NCBI GenBank assembly: GCA_963702025.1
Contig: OY969699.1
Span: forward strand, 736,001 to 800,000
DNA from: an uncultured bacterium
GTDB lineage: Bacteria > Babelota > Babeliae > Babelales > Vermiphilaceae
Length of the DNA: 64,000 nt
Direction of reading: 5' to 3'
Shown here: positions 1 to 9,784 of the stretch, in pieces
How the letters are laid out: the number at the start of each line of letters is the position of its first letter
Numbering within the stretch: the stretch's first letter is position 1
The notes under the pieces: generated by a model
Told to the model about the DNA's origin: nothing
The model's database searches: none
The model's input: only the letters and a program-made list of their open reading frames with translations
Translations under genes and position numbers: made by a program

Positions 1-256
1 TCGGGAATGAAAATGCACAGGCCATGGCAACTGCACCGCCAATGCCACCAGCCGCCGTTGCGAGGGCGATGGAACGCATTTGTGTTTTGATGGCAAGATT
101 ATAAGCAACAAGTTTAATAATAATAGTGCCCATTAAAACAAGTGTCATCTCCATCCATGGACCAATGGGCGTTGCCAAGGCAACATAGCTGATCACGAGC
201 GTTGCAAAGAGAGAAAAAAGAAAAGCGATGATTGTGGTAAATAAAGCAATTATCAT
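1..256 (-). CDS. Membrane transporter, probably OPT/YSL oligopeptide transporter family (5' part, runs off window)
   Basis: Manual translation from ATG at 256: MIIALFTTIIAFLFSLFATLVISYVALATPIGPWME...ATAAGGIGGAVAMACAFSFP; hydrophobic, OPT-like N-terminus. Confidence 0.5.
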   Translation of the reverse strand, partial: MIIALFTTIIAFLFSLFATLVISYVALATPIGPWMEMTLVLMGTIIIKLVAYNLAIKTQMRSIALATAAGGIGGAVAMACAFSFP

Positions 257-261
257 AATTT

Positions 262-750
262 TTATGTATTTTTATCAAGGCGCCATGAAGCGCTTTCGAG
301 TCTCAGTAGTTTTTCTTGTATATTGAATGAACACTTTTTTTTGCCTTGTTCATACTCAAGCAGTGTGCCCTCATCACAAAATTGTGGATGAGCATCATCC
401 ATTTCTTGGGTAAAGCTGGTGAGTAGTGAGCCATATTTAACCGCAAACAGATAAAACAATTTTGCGTTGAACTCATTGAGTGTATGTTTTAAGAGCATAG
501 TTTCATTTTTCTCATCAAAGCTGATGGTGCTACATGGCATGCTGTTGCTGCCATATCTTATCCACGGACAACCTTTATTTTCAACGCTCCATACTACAAT
601 GTCATATTTGTTTTGCAGGGGGAAACGTGTCATTTTTTGGATTTCGATCTGATAATTTCGGGTAGGATTTTTACAGGGGTTGGCTATATGCATTGCATTA
701 ATTGACATGATGATAGCTAATGTAGCATAAATATATCTAGATATTTCCAT
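262..750 (-). CDS. Hypothetical secreted protein
   Basis: 162 aa ORF, GGAG RBS, signal peptide ending INA-M. Confidence 0.65.
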   Translation of the reverse strand: MEISRYIYATLAIIMSINAMHIANPCKNPTRNYQIEIQKMTRFPLQNKYDIVVWSVENKGCPWIRYGSNSMPCSTISFDEKNETMLLKHTLNEFNAKLFYLFAVKYGSLLTSFTQEMDDAHPQFCDEGTLLEYEQGKKKCSFNIQEKLLRLESASWRLDKNT

Positions 751-893
751 AAGCTCCCCTTCTATATATAAAGATTCAAGAATTATTACAGTATTAATAA
801 ACTTTTATCTGTTTGTCGATTGGAAATGAGGGATAAGAGCATATGGCAAAGATTGCCCATCGCCGAACCCGTGATTCCAATGACGGGATATTT

Positions 894-1415
894 TTAACGA
901 GGAAAGATGAGCCTTTTGCAAATCTTTACCCGCAAGCCCATTGTGCTGAGCATTTGCTTAATGATTGGCATTGCAGTGATATAGGCATCCACAGTTTCCA
1001 TTCGCATTTCCTTGAACCCTTCAGGGATTACCATCACTGTTTTGAGCAGGGCAAATAGTGTTGCCATAAGAGGTGCATTATTTTGATCAAGCGCACTTGC
1101 TTGAAATTGAGTTGCCTGAAAGATAGTATTTGCGATAGTATAAAGATCGCCGCCGGTGAGCAACTCTTTTTCTTGTTGTTCAATAACTATAAGAGATTGC
1201 ATCGCATATGTTCCAAGATCATCCAGCATGTGGCTAATTTCCCTTTTATCAGCTCTTGTTGGTAATTGCGAATAAAAATACTCATACCATTCGCTGGGCA
1301 TAAGATTGTCTTTGCTGCATAATTCAACGTTAACCGAAACGGTGCCTTTTATCGCATCTGTTTGGTGGATAAGTAACAGTGCGGTGCATGCGACTAAAAG
1401 TGCTGTATTTTTCAT
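894..1415 (-). CDS. Hypothetical secreted protein
   Basis: 173 aa ORF, signal peptide (TDA), follows M23 gene. Confidence 0.7.
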   Translation of the reverse strand: MKNTALLVACTALLLIHQTDAIKGTVSVNVELCSKDNLMPSEWYEYFYSQLPTRADKREISHMLDDLGTYAMQSLIVIEQQEKELLTGGDLYTIANTIFQATQFQASALDQNNAPLMATLFALLKTVMVIPEGFKEMRMETVDAYITAMPIIKQMLSTMGLRVKICKRLIFPR

Positions 1416-1427
1416 AATTGTGCCTTT

Positions 1428-2330
1428 TTACATGAAAAATGAGAGTGGATTGATCTGTTTACCATGTGCGTAGACTTCAAAATGCAAATGTGATGCATCT
1501 CTTCCTTTTTTCTTACGGACGGCGCCGGTGGCGCCCACTTTGCCGATTAATTGGCCTTGCTCCACTTTCTGGCCGACTGAAACGTGCATTTTATCAAGGT
1601 GCGCATACCGTGTTTTGTATTTATTGCTATGGGATATCAAAATGGTATTGCCATACCCTGAATGAAAATGAGCCTCGATAACGATGCCGTCACCGGCGCT
1701 TACTACCGGTGTACCTTTACAGGCTGCCATGTCGATACCATAATGGAAGCCCCAGGAGCGATCCGGTTTGCGTCGCGGACCAAAAAATGAACTTAACCAA
1801 AAGTCAGAACGTTTAATGGGCCACACAAAATTAATATCTTTGGCCGCGGTGATAATGCCATCATTATAAAATTTAGGAAAACTCTGCACATTATTGGTGC
1901 GGATTGCTCGTGCGCGTTTTCTTCTTTTTTTACCGGTGAAGCTAGTTTTGTGCTTAATTTGATCCGAATAATCGGCCCATTCATTAAGGTCGACCGCTTT
2001 TAAGAGAAATTCAAGATTTTCTTTGCGCGCGTGACTGATGGTTGATTGTTTAAGATAACTCGGCTCGCGGTTAACTAAAATAAATGAATCTTTTTCTTCC
2101 ACCGGTTCAGGAGCTTCGGAATCTGATGACCCCTCGGCCTGTTCTTTCATGGCGTTATATTCATTTAAGATTTTCTTTACCGCCAAGGTATAGGTCCTAT
2201 ATTCTTCTTTGAGTTCAAGCATTTTTTGTGCCTGATCATGAAAGAATCGGTACTCAACAATAAGAAGCGTGCTTAAGCCCAGTAAGCCGATCGCCATGCT
2301 TCCAATTATTATTTTGCCTAAATGTTTCAT
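1428..2330 (-). CDS. M23 family metallopeptidase (peptidoglycan endopeptidase)
   Basis: HYGID, YAHL and HLHFEV motifs; N-terminal TM and coiled coil. Confidence 0.92.
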   Translation of the reverse strand: MKHLGKIIIGSMAIGLLGLSTLLIVEYRFFHDQAQKMLELKEEYRTYTLAVKKILNEYNAMKEQAEGSSDSEAPEPVEEKDSFILVNREPSYLKQSTISHARKENLEFLLKAVDLNEWADYSDQIKHKTSFTGKKRRKRARAIRTNNVQSFPKFYNDGIITAAKDINFVWPIKRSDFWLSSFFGPRRKPDRSWGFHYGIDMAACKGTPVVSAGDGIVIEAHFHSGYGNTILISHSNKYKTRYAHLDKMHVSVGQKVEQGQLIGKVGATGAVRKKKGRDASHLHFEVYAHGKQINPLSFFM

Positions 2331-2363
2331 TCGATACTTAATGGTTTTACTCCGCAGTTTTTT

Positions 2364-3056
2364 CTAAATTATTTCTATGGCCGTATTGGGCACCCATCCG
2401 GTATATGATCCCCCGGTGATCTTTGACCATGTTTGGTTCTGCACTTTAACCGTTACTTTCTGGGCGCACGGGATAGTGCCCATCGCATGGTACTCAGTGC
2501 CCGGCCCTGCATATACCGTTACATCTTCTTGCATGGCCAGTGCTTTTTTGGTTAATGATGATGCATACAATGCATAGTTTAAAAAGCCGACAAGAATTAC
2601 GAGCGTGTTCAAACATATCAATTGATAACGTTGTTTTTTGCGCATCATTTTACGGACAAGAAATAAAAGTACACCAATTAGACAAAAAAATAAAATCTGG
2701 GCAAAAAGAATGATTCGCGGTGCTTTAAAAATTGAAAGCAAATGTTCCGCAATCCCATCCGTTGTTTTGTGTATCTGGCTACAATTATAAATGCTGTCAT
2801 TCACAATTGCGCGGTTGCCATTTTTTAATGCGCGGTGCCAGTAGAGCATCGCATAAGACGGATCATTTTTTTGAAAGGCACAGTTACCCATGTTATACCA
2901 AACTGCTGCGCTCTTGGGAGAAATCTTTTGATAGGTGGCAAGGGCGGTGTCAAAATCGCCGCCCCGATACTGTTCATTTGCAGTTAAAAAAAGTTCTTGC
3001 GCGGTGTGCGCGGATATCGCGCAGAAAACCATGCACAGTAATAAATATTTCTTCAT
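2364..3056 (-). CDS. batE: BatE-like TPR + TM + SH3b protein
   Basis: TPR (VWYNMGNC), two TMs, VYAGPG...GWV SH3b; bat operon context. Confidence 0.8.
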   Translation of the reverse strand: MKKYLLLCMVFCAISAHTAQELFLTANEQYRGGDFDTALATYQKISPKSAAVWYNMGNCAFQKNDPSYAMLYWHRALKNGNRAIVNDSIYNCSQIHKTTDGIAEHLLSIFKAPRIILFAQILFFCLIGVLLFLVRKMMRKKQRYQLICLNTLVILVGFLNYALYASSLTKKALAMQEDVTVYAGPGTEYHAMGTIPCAQKVTVKVQNQTWSKITGGSYTGWVPNTAIEII

Positions 3057-3063
3057 TGTCTAT

Positions 3064-3192
3064 TTCCTGCAGGATTAATTCCTCGAAGCTTCAAACATGG
3101 TTCGATACACTGCGCTTCGCGCAGTACTCACCACGAACGGAATCCAACACCGCTCGTCCTGAGTAGAAATCGAAGATTTCGTATCGAAGGAT
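3064..3192. repeat. Palindromic REP/MITE-like element, inverted copy of 5840-5972
   Basis: GGTTCGATAC-hairpin-TACTCACCACGAACGG...CGCTCGTCCTGAGTAGAAATCGAAGATTTCGTATCGAAGGA. Confidence 0.85.
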
Positions 3193-3196
3193 ATCT

Positions 3197-4924
3197 CTAT
3201 ATCTTGCGATGGTAATTTATATGTTCAAAAATATCAAGCCATTGTATTGCCTGATTTACCAATGGTTGCCACGACCGGTGACCCGAATCGGCATGCGCAA
3301 ACCGTGCCATTGTTAGTTGCTCAAAAAAAATTCGCCATTCTTCGAGCATGCTCTCCTTAAAACCTTTTTGCTGTAAAAGCTGTTCAATTGTTTCCGCCGA
3401 GAATGATCTGCCCAATTTTGTTGCCAGAATCTCCATAAATAAAGGATATAATTGGTGATACTCTTCCGTTTTTTCTATCTGCCGTAACTGCTGATAAAGA
3501 CTGCTGTTTCTTTTTTTAACAAATAGTTTCAAGCCGCTCAAAAAATAATGCCGGCTTATGAACAGAATTTCTGCAAAAAAGAGAATGCATAAAAGTATCG
3601 TAAGCGCCCAAAAAATGTGCCATGGCACTATTAATGGCTGTTGTGGCGACCATGGGCCTTCTTCATGGAGCGGGCGAATAACAGTATTTATTTGTTTTTC
3701 CTGAGTGCTCGGTATTTGCGGTGCTACCGGACCGCGCACTTGTTTGGGGTTGGCAAATATTTGCAGCGCCAAAGGGAATGATTGCACTGTTTTATACGCC
3801 CGTTGAGAAATGTCAAAATAGGTAATTTTTTGTGCCGGAATAGTAAATGATCCGGGTTGCAACGCTTGAATAATATATTCAATAACATACCGTGTTGCGC
3901 CATTGGGCGCAGATTCTTGGTATCTTTTTGATTCGTACACTTTCAAATTTTCCGGCATGGCGCTGAGGGCAAATGAGGAGAGGCGATCAAAATTTCCTTG
4001 ACCGGTGAGCGTAAGGGTGAGCGTTATACCATTGCCAACTTTGGCATGATTTGGTTCCAATTTTCCGGTTAATTCGTGAATGGTGCCAATAAATGGGTTT
4101 GGGAGATTACTATCAACGGGTATTGGCTCAACCTCAAGGCTCACGGTGTTTGAATAAGCTCGTTTGGTTTCACTGCGCGAAAAGAAGGAAAAAAAAGCGG
4201 TCTTGGTCTGCGTTGTGTAATCAAGGGCATATGCCGGAATTACTTGAACGCCTGCTTTTTTGGGGCAAATATCCCACTCCCATTGGGCATAGCGATGTTC
4301 TGTGCCATTAATCATTTTTGATCCGGTGACCGGTCCTTCTTTTTTGCTGCATTCAAATTGCGCGCCGCAGTTTTCGGGGTCAAGCAGCTCTTGCAATGTT
4401 ACATACGGATCATCGGTGTAGAAAGTAAGGGTGCAATGCGTTTTTTGGCCGACAAACAATTGTTGGGTGTCACAGGTGAGGCGAGCAAAACTTTTATTGC
4501 CATTGGTTTGTTTAGAGGTCTGGTGTACTTTTTGGTTATCACTGACGGTGATGGTTAACGGTTGCGATTCAACGGTGCCGCTTGGTTCAATTATTTGCGC
4601 CGGCCCGAGGGCATGAGCGCCCGGAGTATCAATGCGAACGCGGTAATGGTAAGTGAGTGATGTGGCGCCGTTGACCATATTCATCTGGAATCCGCTTTGC
4701 TGGATCTGGGTATCCCCATCAACTTTAACCACCGGATACTGGGCAGTATTACGTACATTGGTCAGTGAAACATGCAGCAGAAATGGTTGACCTGCGCCCG
4801 CCTCTTGTAATGGTTGGCCATCGGTGGAAGTTGTCTTGAGTGTTATTTGCGCAGGGTTGGCTATGCATACGGGTGTTAGAAATAGCAATCCAATTATGTA
4901 TCGGCTAATAAGCGTGTTCATCAT
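3197..4924 (-). CDS. batD: BatD family protein
   Basis: Signal peptide, beta-sandwich repeats (PGSFTIPAQKITYFD), C-terminal TM; operon context. Confidence 0.85.
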   Translation of the reverse strand: MMNTLISRYIIGLLFLTPVCIANPAQITLKTTSTDGQPLQEAGAGQPFLLHVSLTNVRNTAQYPVVKVDGDTQIQQSGFQMNMVNGATSLTYHYRVRIDTPGAHALGPAQIIEPSGTVESQPLTITVSDNQKVHQTSKQTNGNKSFARLTCDTQQLFVGQKTHCTLTFYTDDPYVTLQELLDPENCGAQFECSKKEGPVTGSKMINGTEHRYAQWEWDICPKKAGVQVIPAYALDYTTQTKTAFFSFFSRSETKRAYSNTVSLEVEPIPVDSNLPNPFIGTIHELTGKLEPNHAKVGNGITLTLTLTGQGNFDRLSSFALSAMPENLKVYESKRYQESAPNGATRYVIEYIIQALQPGSFTIPAQKITYFDISQRAYKTVQSFPLALQIFANPKQVRGPVAPQIPSTQEKQINTVIRPLHEEGPWSPQQPLIVPWHIFWALTILLCILFFAEILFISRHYFLSGLKLFVKKRNSSLYQQLRQIEKTEEYHQLYPLFMEILATKLGRSFSAETIEQLLQQKGFKESMLEEWRIFFEQLTMARFAHADSGHRSWQPLVNQAIQWLDIFEHINYHRKI

Positions 4925-5984
4925 TGCCCGCTCCTCCTTCTTGATTAACCATCACTTGTATCATTTTTTTATTTAATGCCGCATCTTTTTTTTCATGCTG
5001 CTCTAAAATTCGTGCCAGGGACGCGGATAATTTTTTTTCTGCTGCCGACTTTTGTTGGCCCTCTTTTTGATCGGCACCACTTTGTTTTTCCGCTTGATTT
5101 TGAGCGGCTTGTTCATCCTTTTTTTGCTGTTGTTGTTGAGATTCCTTTTGTGAATTCTGCTCTTTTTTGTCCGATTTATCGGCAGCATCCTTTTGTTGAT
5201 TTTGTTCTTGCTGCTGCTGTTTTTTATTTTCTTGTTTTTGTTGGTCCGATTGTTGATTATTTTTTTGCTCTTGGTTTTGTTCTTTTTCTTTTTTATTTTT
5301 CTCTTGCTCTTGCTGCTCATTTTCTTTTTTTTGTTGCTCGGAAGATTTTTTGTCTTTATTTTCTTCTTGATTTTGATCTTTTTCTTGGTCTTTTTTATCC
5401 TGATTATTCTCATCATTCTTTTGCTGTTGTTGCTTTTCTTGTTCCATCATTTTTTTTACTATTTCTTTATTGTGCGCGGCACGTTCATTGCTTGGATTAA
5501 GATCGAGCACCTTATCATACGCGGCAAGCGCCTCAGGCAGTTTTTTTAATTTTACATAGCTGTTGCCGGCATTAAATAACGATTGTTCTTGCAGAATGCG
5601 ATCGGTGTTGCTTTGCGCCGCTTTAGTAAAATAAGAAAGAGCTTGATCATATTCACCAGCTTTAAATGAACTCACGCCTGCATCATACAAAATAGTGGGG
5701 GATTCAGGATTATCAACGAGCACTTTTTTCATCAGCTCTTTTGAGCTGTTCCAATCATTATTTTTGCCTTTAATGATAGCGCGATCATATTCGAATGCGC
5801 CGTAAAGATTAAGCGAGAAAAAACAGAAGAGTATTAAATATCCTTCGATACGAAATCTTCGATTTCTACTCAGGACGAGCGGGCTCGGAGTCCGTTCGTG
5901 GTGAGTGCGAACAAAGTGAGCGTATCGAACCATGTTTCGAAGCAAACTTCGAGAAGTTAAACCTGCGGAGATTAAAAGCATCAT
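4905..5984 (-). CDS. batC: BatC-like TPR protein with Q/K/E-rich tail; N-terminus carries in-frame repeat
   Basis: TPRs (LFNAGNSY, AAHNKE), low-complexity tail; ATG at 5984 overlaps batB stop (ATGA). Confidence 0.8.
   Translation of the reverse strand: MMLLISAGLTSRSLLRNMVRYAHFVRTHHERTPSPLVLSRNRRFRIEGYLILFCFFSLNLYGAFEYDRAIIKGKNNDWNSSKELMKKVLVDNPESPTILYDAGVSSFKAGEYDQALSYFTKAAQSNTDRILQEQSLFNAGNSYVKLKKLPEALAAYDKVLDLNPSNERAAHNKEIVKKMMEQEKQQQQKNDENNQDKKDQEKDQNQEENKDKKSSEQQKKENEQQEQEKNKKEKEQNQEQKNNQQSDQQKQENKKQQQQEQNQQKDAADKSDKKEQNSQKESQQQQQKKDEQAAQNQAEKQSGADQKEGQQKSAAEKKLSASLARILEQHEKKDAALNKKMIQVMVNQEGGAGNDEHAY
5840..5972. repeat. Palindromic element inside batC coding sequence
   Basis: TCCTTCGATACGAAATCTTCGATTTCTACTCAGGACGAGCGG...CCGTTCGTGGTGAG...GTATCGAACCATG. 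Confidence 0.85.
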
Positions 5985-7000
5985 AATAACCACTCAAGAG
6001 CAAAAAGGATAAAACTAACAAACAAAAAAATCGGATATTGTTCTTCCAATTGTGTCATGGATCGCTCTTCAATCTGTTCTTTTTCGCGCATTTCTACAAG
6101 GCGAACCAATGCCCGCAAATCATCTGCATTTGGTGTGGCATGAATATAGATGCCGCCTAGATCAGCAGCGAGTGCTTGGAGTGTTTGATCATTGAGTGAT
6201 GAAATGATCACCGTTCCATTTTTATCACGCAAATGGCCCGTTTGTTTGCCCTGTGTGTCGAATATTGGTATTGGTGCACCTTGCGCGGTGCCGATCCCGA
6301 TGGTGAAAATAGTGAGCCCTTCTTGGCGGGCCTTATCTTTGAGCGATGCCAGATCATGCGAAAAATCTTCACCGTCCGTTAAAATTATTAACAACTTATT
6401 TTTTTTGGTGCCGCTTTCTTCAAAGGCGCGCAAAGCATGAGAAATTGCCTGTTCAAGTGCGGTTTTTCCTGAGCCAACGGTGTCGGTGTCAATCTGATTA
6501 AGATAGAGTAAAAATGCTGAAATATCTTTAGTTAAGGGGCATTGGATAAAACTTGACCCGGAAAAAAGAATAAGCCCGAGCCGTTCTGATTCCAATGCGC
6601 GCACGAGTGATTTAATCTTTTCTTTAGCAAAAGTGAGTCGGTTGGGGGTAACATCTTGCGCGAGCATACTGCGAGAAATATCAAGCGCGATAAAAACATC
6701 ACGGCCCTCTTGAATTACTGCCTGCTCTTTTTTATTCCAGCAAGGGCGCAACAACACGATAAACAAAAGCAAAAACCCGAGGCTCCACAGAATATTTTTT
6801 ATGGTAATGCGGAGCAATGAAACGTTATATAAAAAGCGTTTATTGCCCACCGGTTTACCAAGCTGTTTTATGAGCGCGCAAAATCGCGTCCAGCGGTAGA
6901 CAAGCAGGAGCATTGCCGCCGCAAAGAGAATAAAAAAAATTGTATTGCCCGGTGCCATCCAGGTAATGCCGTTCCAATCCATAGCTATATTCCAAACCAA
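5981..7000 (-). CDS. batB: BatB-like VWA domain protein
   Basis: MIDAS DISRSM, LTDGED, IGIGT motifs; terminal TMs. Confidence 0.88.
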   Translation of the reverse strand: MVWNIAMDWNGITWMAPGNTIFFILFAAAMLLLVYRWTRFCALIKQLGKPVGNKRFLYNVSLLRITIKNILWSLGFLLLFIVLLRPCWNKKEQAVIQEGRDVFIALDISRSMLAQDVTPNRLTFAKEKIKSLVRALESERLGLILFSGSSFIQCPLTKDISAFLLYLNQIDTDTVGSGKTALEQAISHALRAFEESGTKKNKLLIILTDGEDFSHDLASLKDKARQEGLTIFTIGIGTAQGAPIPIFDTQGKQTGHLRDKNGTVIISSLNDQTLQALAADLGGIYIHATPNADDLRALVRLVEMREKEQIEERSMTQLEEQYPIFLFVSFILFALEWLL

Positions 7001-7974
7001 ATGGTAGCAGAGGTTATCAGCTCAACAGATAATAGAATAATGAGTCCCCACACAAAGGGAATAAAAATATCAAAATATTTGTTAAAAATTGGTGTCTCGT
7101 GTGAGTTTTTTTCTAATGCATCGATGGTTGCGTAAATTGTGCGCATGTCTTTTGAGTTGCGCGCGAGAAAAAACTTTCCGCCCGTTTCTTGTGCAATTTT
7201 AGTTAAAAGCGCTTTATTAATTCGCGGTTTTGGAATCATGCCGTAGGCAGGGTGCATAATGAATTGGTCATCATCACTGCCGATGCCGACCGTGTAAATC
7301 TTAATGCCGAGTTTTTGTGCCAGTTCAATGGCCAGAGCCGGATCCACATCCGTTTCACTTGGCGCACCGTCGGTCAATACGATCATGATTTTACTTTTTG
7401 CATCCGATTTTTTTAATCGATTGGCGGCCGTGATTATGGCCGTTGATAACACGGTGCCTTCCGGCTCCAAAATACCAATGTATAAGCTGCTAATAAGATT
7501 ATTGATAATTTTTTTATCGAGGGTGAGCGGGATGCGTGACACGGCATCCTTTGCAAAAATTACCAAACCAATCGCATCATTGGTGCGCTTGTTAACAAAG
7601 TGAAGCGCCTCATCTTTGGCAACTTCTATGCGTGACCGTTTATCATCATCATAATCTTGAAATTGCATGCTGCCGGAAATATCAAGCACCAGCATGATAT
7701 CAATTCCTTCAAAAATAACATTCGATTTGGTGTCAACAAGCTGTGGTTTTGCTATCAAGAAAATAAGAATGGCCAGCACCAATAGCCGTAATCCGGCAAA
7801 TATTTTTTTATGCGTGGGTGCATAGGTGCTCTTACGCTTTACCAGCGCCGCGACGAGCGGAAACTGATAAAAAGGTGATCGCTTGAGCCAATAGCGTGCG
7901 GCAATAATGATAAGAGCAGCGGGAATGATCCAGTAAAAAATCTGGCTATTGGCAAAACGCAGAAAATAATCCAT
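6985..7974 (-). CDS. batA: BatA-like VWA domain protein
   Basis: DISGSM, LTDG, IYTVGIG, IAQETGG motifs. Confidence 0.9.
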   Translation of the reverse strand: MDYFLRFANSQIFYWIIPAALIIIAARYWLKRSPFYQFPLVAALVKRKSTYAPTHKKIFAGLRLLVLAILIFLIAKPQLVDTKSNVIFEGIDIMLVLDISGSMQFQDYDDDKRSRIEVAKDEALHFVNKRTNDAIGLVIFAKDAVSRIPLTLDKKIINNLISSLYIGILEPEGTVLSTAIITAANRLKKSDAKSKIMIVLTDGAPSETDVDPALAIELAQKLGIKIYTVGIGSDDDQFIMHPAYGMIPKPRINKALLTKIAQETGGKFFLARNSKDMRTIYATIDALEKNSHETPIFNKYFDIFIPFVWGLIILLSVELITSATIWFGI

Positions 7975-8700
7975 TTAGTCCTCATTAGGATGCAAAAACC
8001 ATGCATAAACCCTATCTTTAAATTCCTCTTCCGTTTCTTGGGGCTCAATGTGCATCGGGCTACCAATTATTACGGTTATAGGATGAAAGTGGATCCAAAA
8101 TGTTTTTGGCGGATACACTTTATTCACACCAATTATTTTAATCGGTACCACCGACCGGTCAATTTTTTTTGCAATTAAAGAAAAACCACCAAAAAATTCA
8201 TGCACTTTACCATCGGTGTGGCGCGCTCCTTCGGGAAATATAATCAGATCCCATGGTTTTGATTTTACCAGATTAATTGCTTCGATTAAGGTGCGCATAG
8301 CTTTTATGGGGCTCGTGGTGTCCACCAAAACGGAATTGCGGGGAAGAAGAAAGGCAAGTAACGGTGACTTGGTTAATTCCGCCCACGCCAACCAAACGTG
8401 AGTTTTATTTTTAAGCGCGTTACCAATTAATGGGATATCAAATGATGATTGATGATTGGCAACAATAATGCACGGCTCTTTGGGAATGTGGCTCATACCT
8501 TTAAAGTGAATGGGCAAGAGGGAAAATTTAAGACAGAACCAATAAAAAATCTGTGATAACGTTTTAAAAAGCGGATTGTTAACCAAATAACGCTGCGGCA
8601 TCAAGAGACAAATAGCCAAAGGCACTGCCATGAAAATAAGTAAAATTATAAGTAACAATCGCGTGAACAATGTAAAAATAATGGTACCTGTTTTAACCAT
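7975..8700 (-). CDS. plsC: 1-acyl-sn-glycerol-3-phosphate acyltransferase
   Basis: NHQSSFD and FPEG motifs. Confidence 0.9.
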   Translation of the reverse strand: MVKTGTIIFTLFTRLLLIILLIFMAVPLAICLLMPQRYLVNNPLFKTLSQIFYWFCLKFSLLPIHFKGMSHIPKEPCIIVANHQSSFDIPLIGNALKNKTHVWLAWAELTKSPLLAFLLPRNSVLVDTTSPIKAMRTLIEAINLVKSKPWDLIIFPEGARHTDGKVHEFFGGFSLIAKKIDRSVVPIKIIGVNKVYPPKTFWIHFHPITVIIGSPMHIEPQETEEEFKDRVYAWFLHPNED

Positions 8701-8703
8701 GCC

Positions 8704-9552
8704 TTATTCCTTTATTGTTTCTGGATAATAGAGGCCAAATTGCTCATGAATTCGTTTGGTATAAAAATTGGTGAATATACTTATTGGTATGGGCAACAAT
8801 AGATTATATATGAATGGTAGATAGAAAAAACATGGCGCACCAAATAACCAGATAATTATCATATCTATGCCATACCAGAAGATACAAAAAAGGCCGAACA
8901 TAATAAAACAAAAGGGATAATTGTACCACACCATTTTACAACCACGCACAATCGATTGCCACAAAGCTTTTATGCCGCCATTATTATCGAGCATAAACAG
9001 TATCCAGAATGTTAAAAGTGGAGCAACATACAAGGGTATATTGGCAAAGGGAAGGGAAAATAGAAAAATTGCCGTTGCTGTACGCATCAATATAAGATAG
9101 GCAACTATTATTGCTTGGGGAAGAGCTTGATCCTTGAATAGGTGAAGGACTAACCATTTGCTTGCTGTTACTATTGAATAGCCAAAAATTACTGCAAAAA
9201 TAAAAAATAGAAGGCTCAACACGATAAATGAAAGAAAATGTTTTTTGTAATCTTTATAATAATGAAAACTTTTACGTTTGATTGAGGGGCGAATTATTAA
9301 ATACATAAGAAAAAAAACAAAAAACCACCCAAGCAGGGGAATGAGTAAAAAATAGCTGTGTCCGTGTACCATACTATAGCGATTATACCAGAGCTCTGCT
9401 GCGATGGTGAGCAGAATGAGCCACCCCACATGGAGTAGGATAAACTTGTATGATTCCAAGATTCTCTTTATAGTTACTAAAAAAAATAATTTTGCATTTT
9501 TTGGCGCAAATACCGATAATGATTCTTTCCATGATTGAAAAAGAGCGGGCAT
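8704..9552 (-). CDS. Polytopic membrane protein of unknown function
   Basis: 282 aa, several hydrophobic segments, first gene of operon. Confidence 0.75.
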   Translation of the reverse strand: MPALFQSWKESLSVFAPKNAKLFFLVTIKRILESYKFILLHVGWLILLTIAAELWYNRYSMVHGHSYFLLIPLLGWFFVFFLMYLIIRPSIKRKSFHYYKDYKKHFLSFIVLSLLFFIFAVIFGYSIVTASKWLVLHLFKDQALPQAIIVAYLILMRTATAIFLFSLPFANIPLYVAPLLTFWILFMLDNNGGIKALWQSIVRGCKMVWYNYPFCFIMFGLFCIFWYGIDMIIIWLFGAPCFFYLPFIYNLLLPIPISIFTNFYTKRIHEQFGLYYPETIKE

Positions 9553-9660
9553 GCTTGTTCCTTAGTTAATTCGCTTAAGGTCTAGTGCGTAAGCACTCTA
9601 TTCATTGTGTGCAAAACTAGCACAAACTGAGCTCTCTTACAAGAGAGCTCCCAGGATTAT

Positions 9661-9690
9661 TTGACATTTAGTAAATAATTTGATTACTAT
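9661..9690 (+). promoter_or_regulatory. Putative sigma70 promoter of topA
   Basis: TTGACA-18nt-TACTAT. Confidence 0.5.
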
Positions 9691-9784
9691 AAAAGAGATA
9701 ATAAGATGAAAAATGGTAGTTCTTATAGCAATATGTATTTTGTTTTCCTAATATGAGATACATACTAAAGTTGAGAAAAAAGGT

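Noticed and set aside
4976..5549. Overlapping Lys/Asn-rich and Phe/Leu-rich ORFs
   Set aside because: Shadow frames of the low-complexity Q/K/E tail of batC
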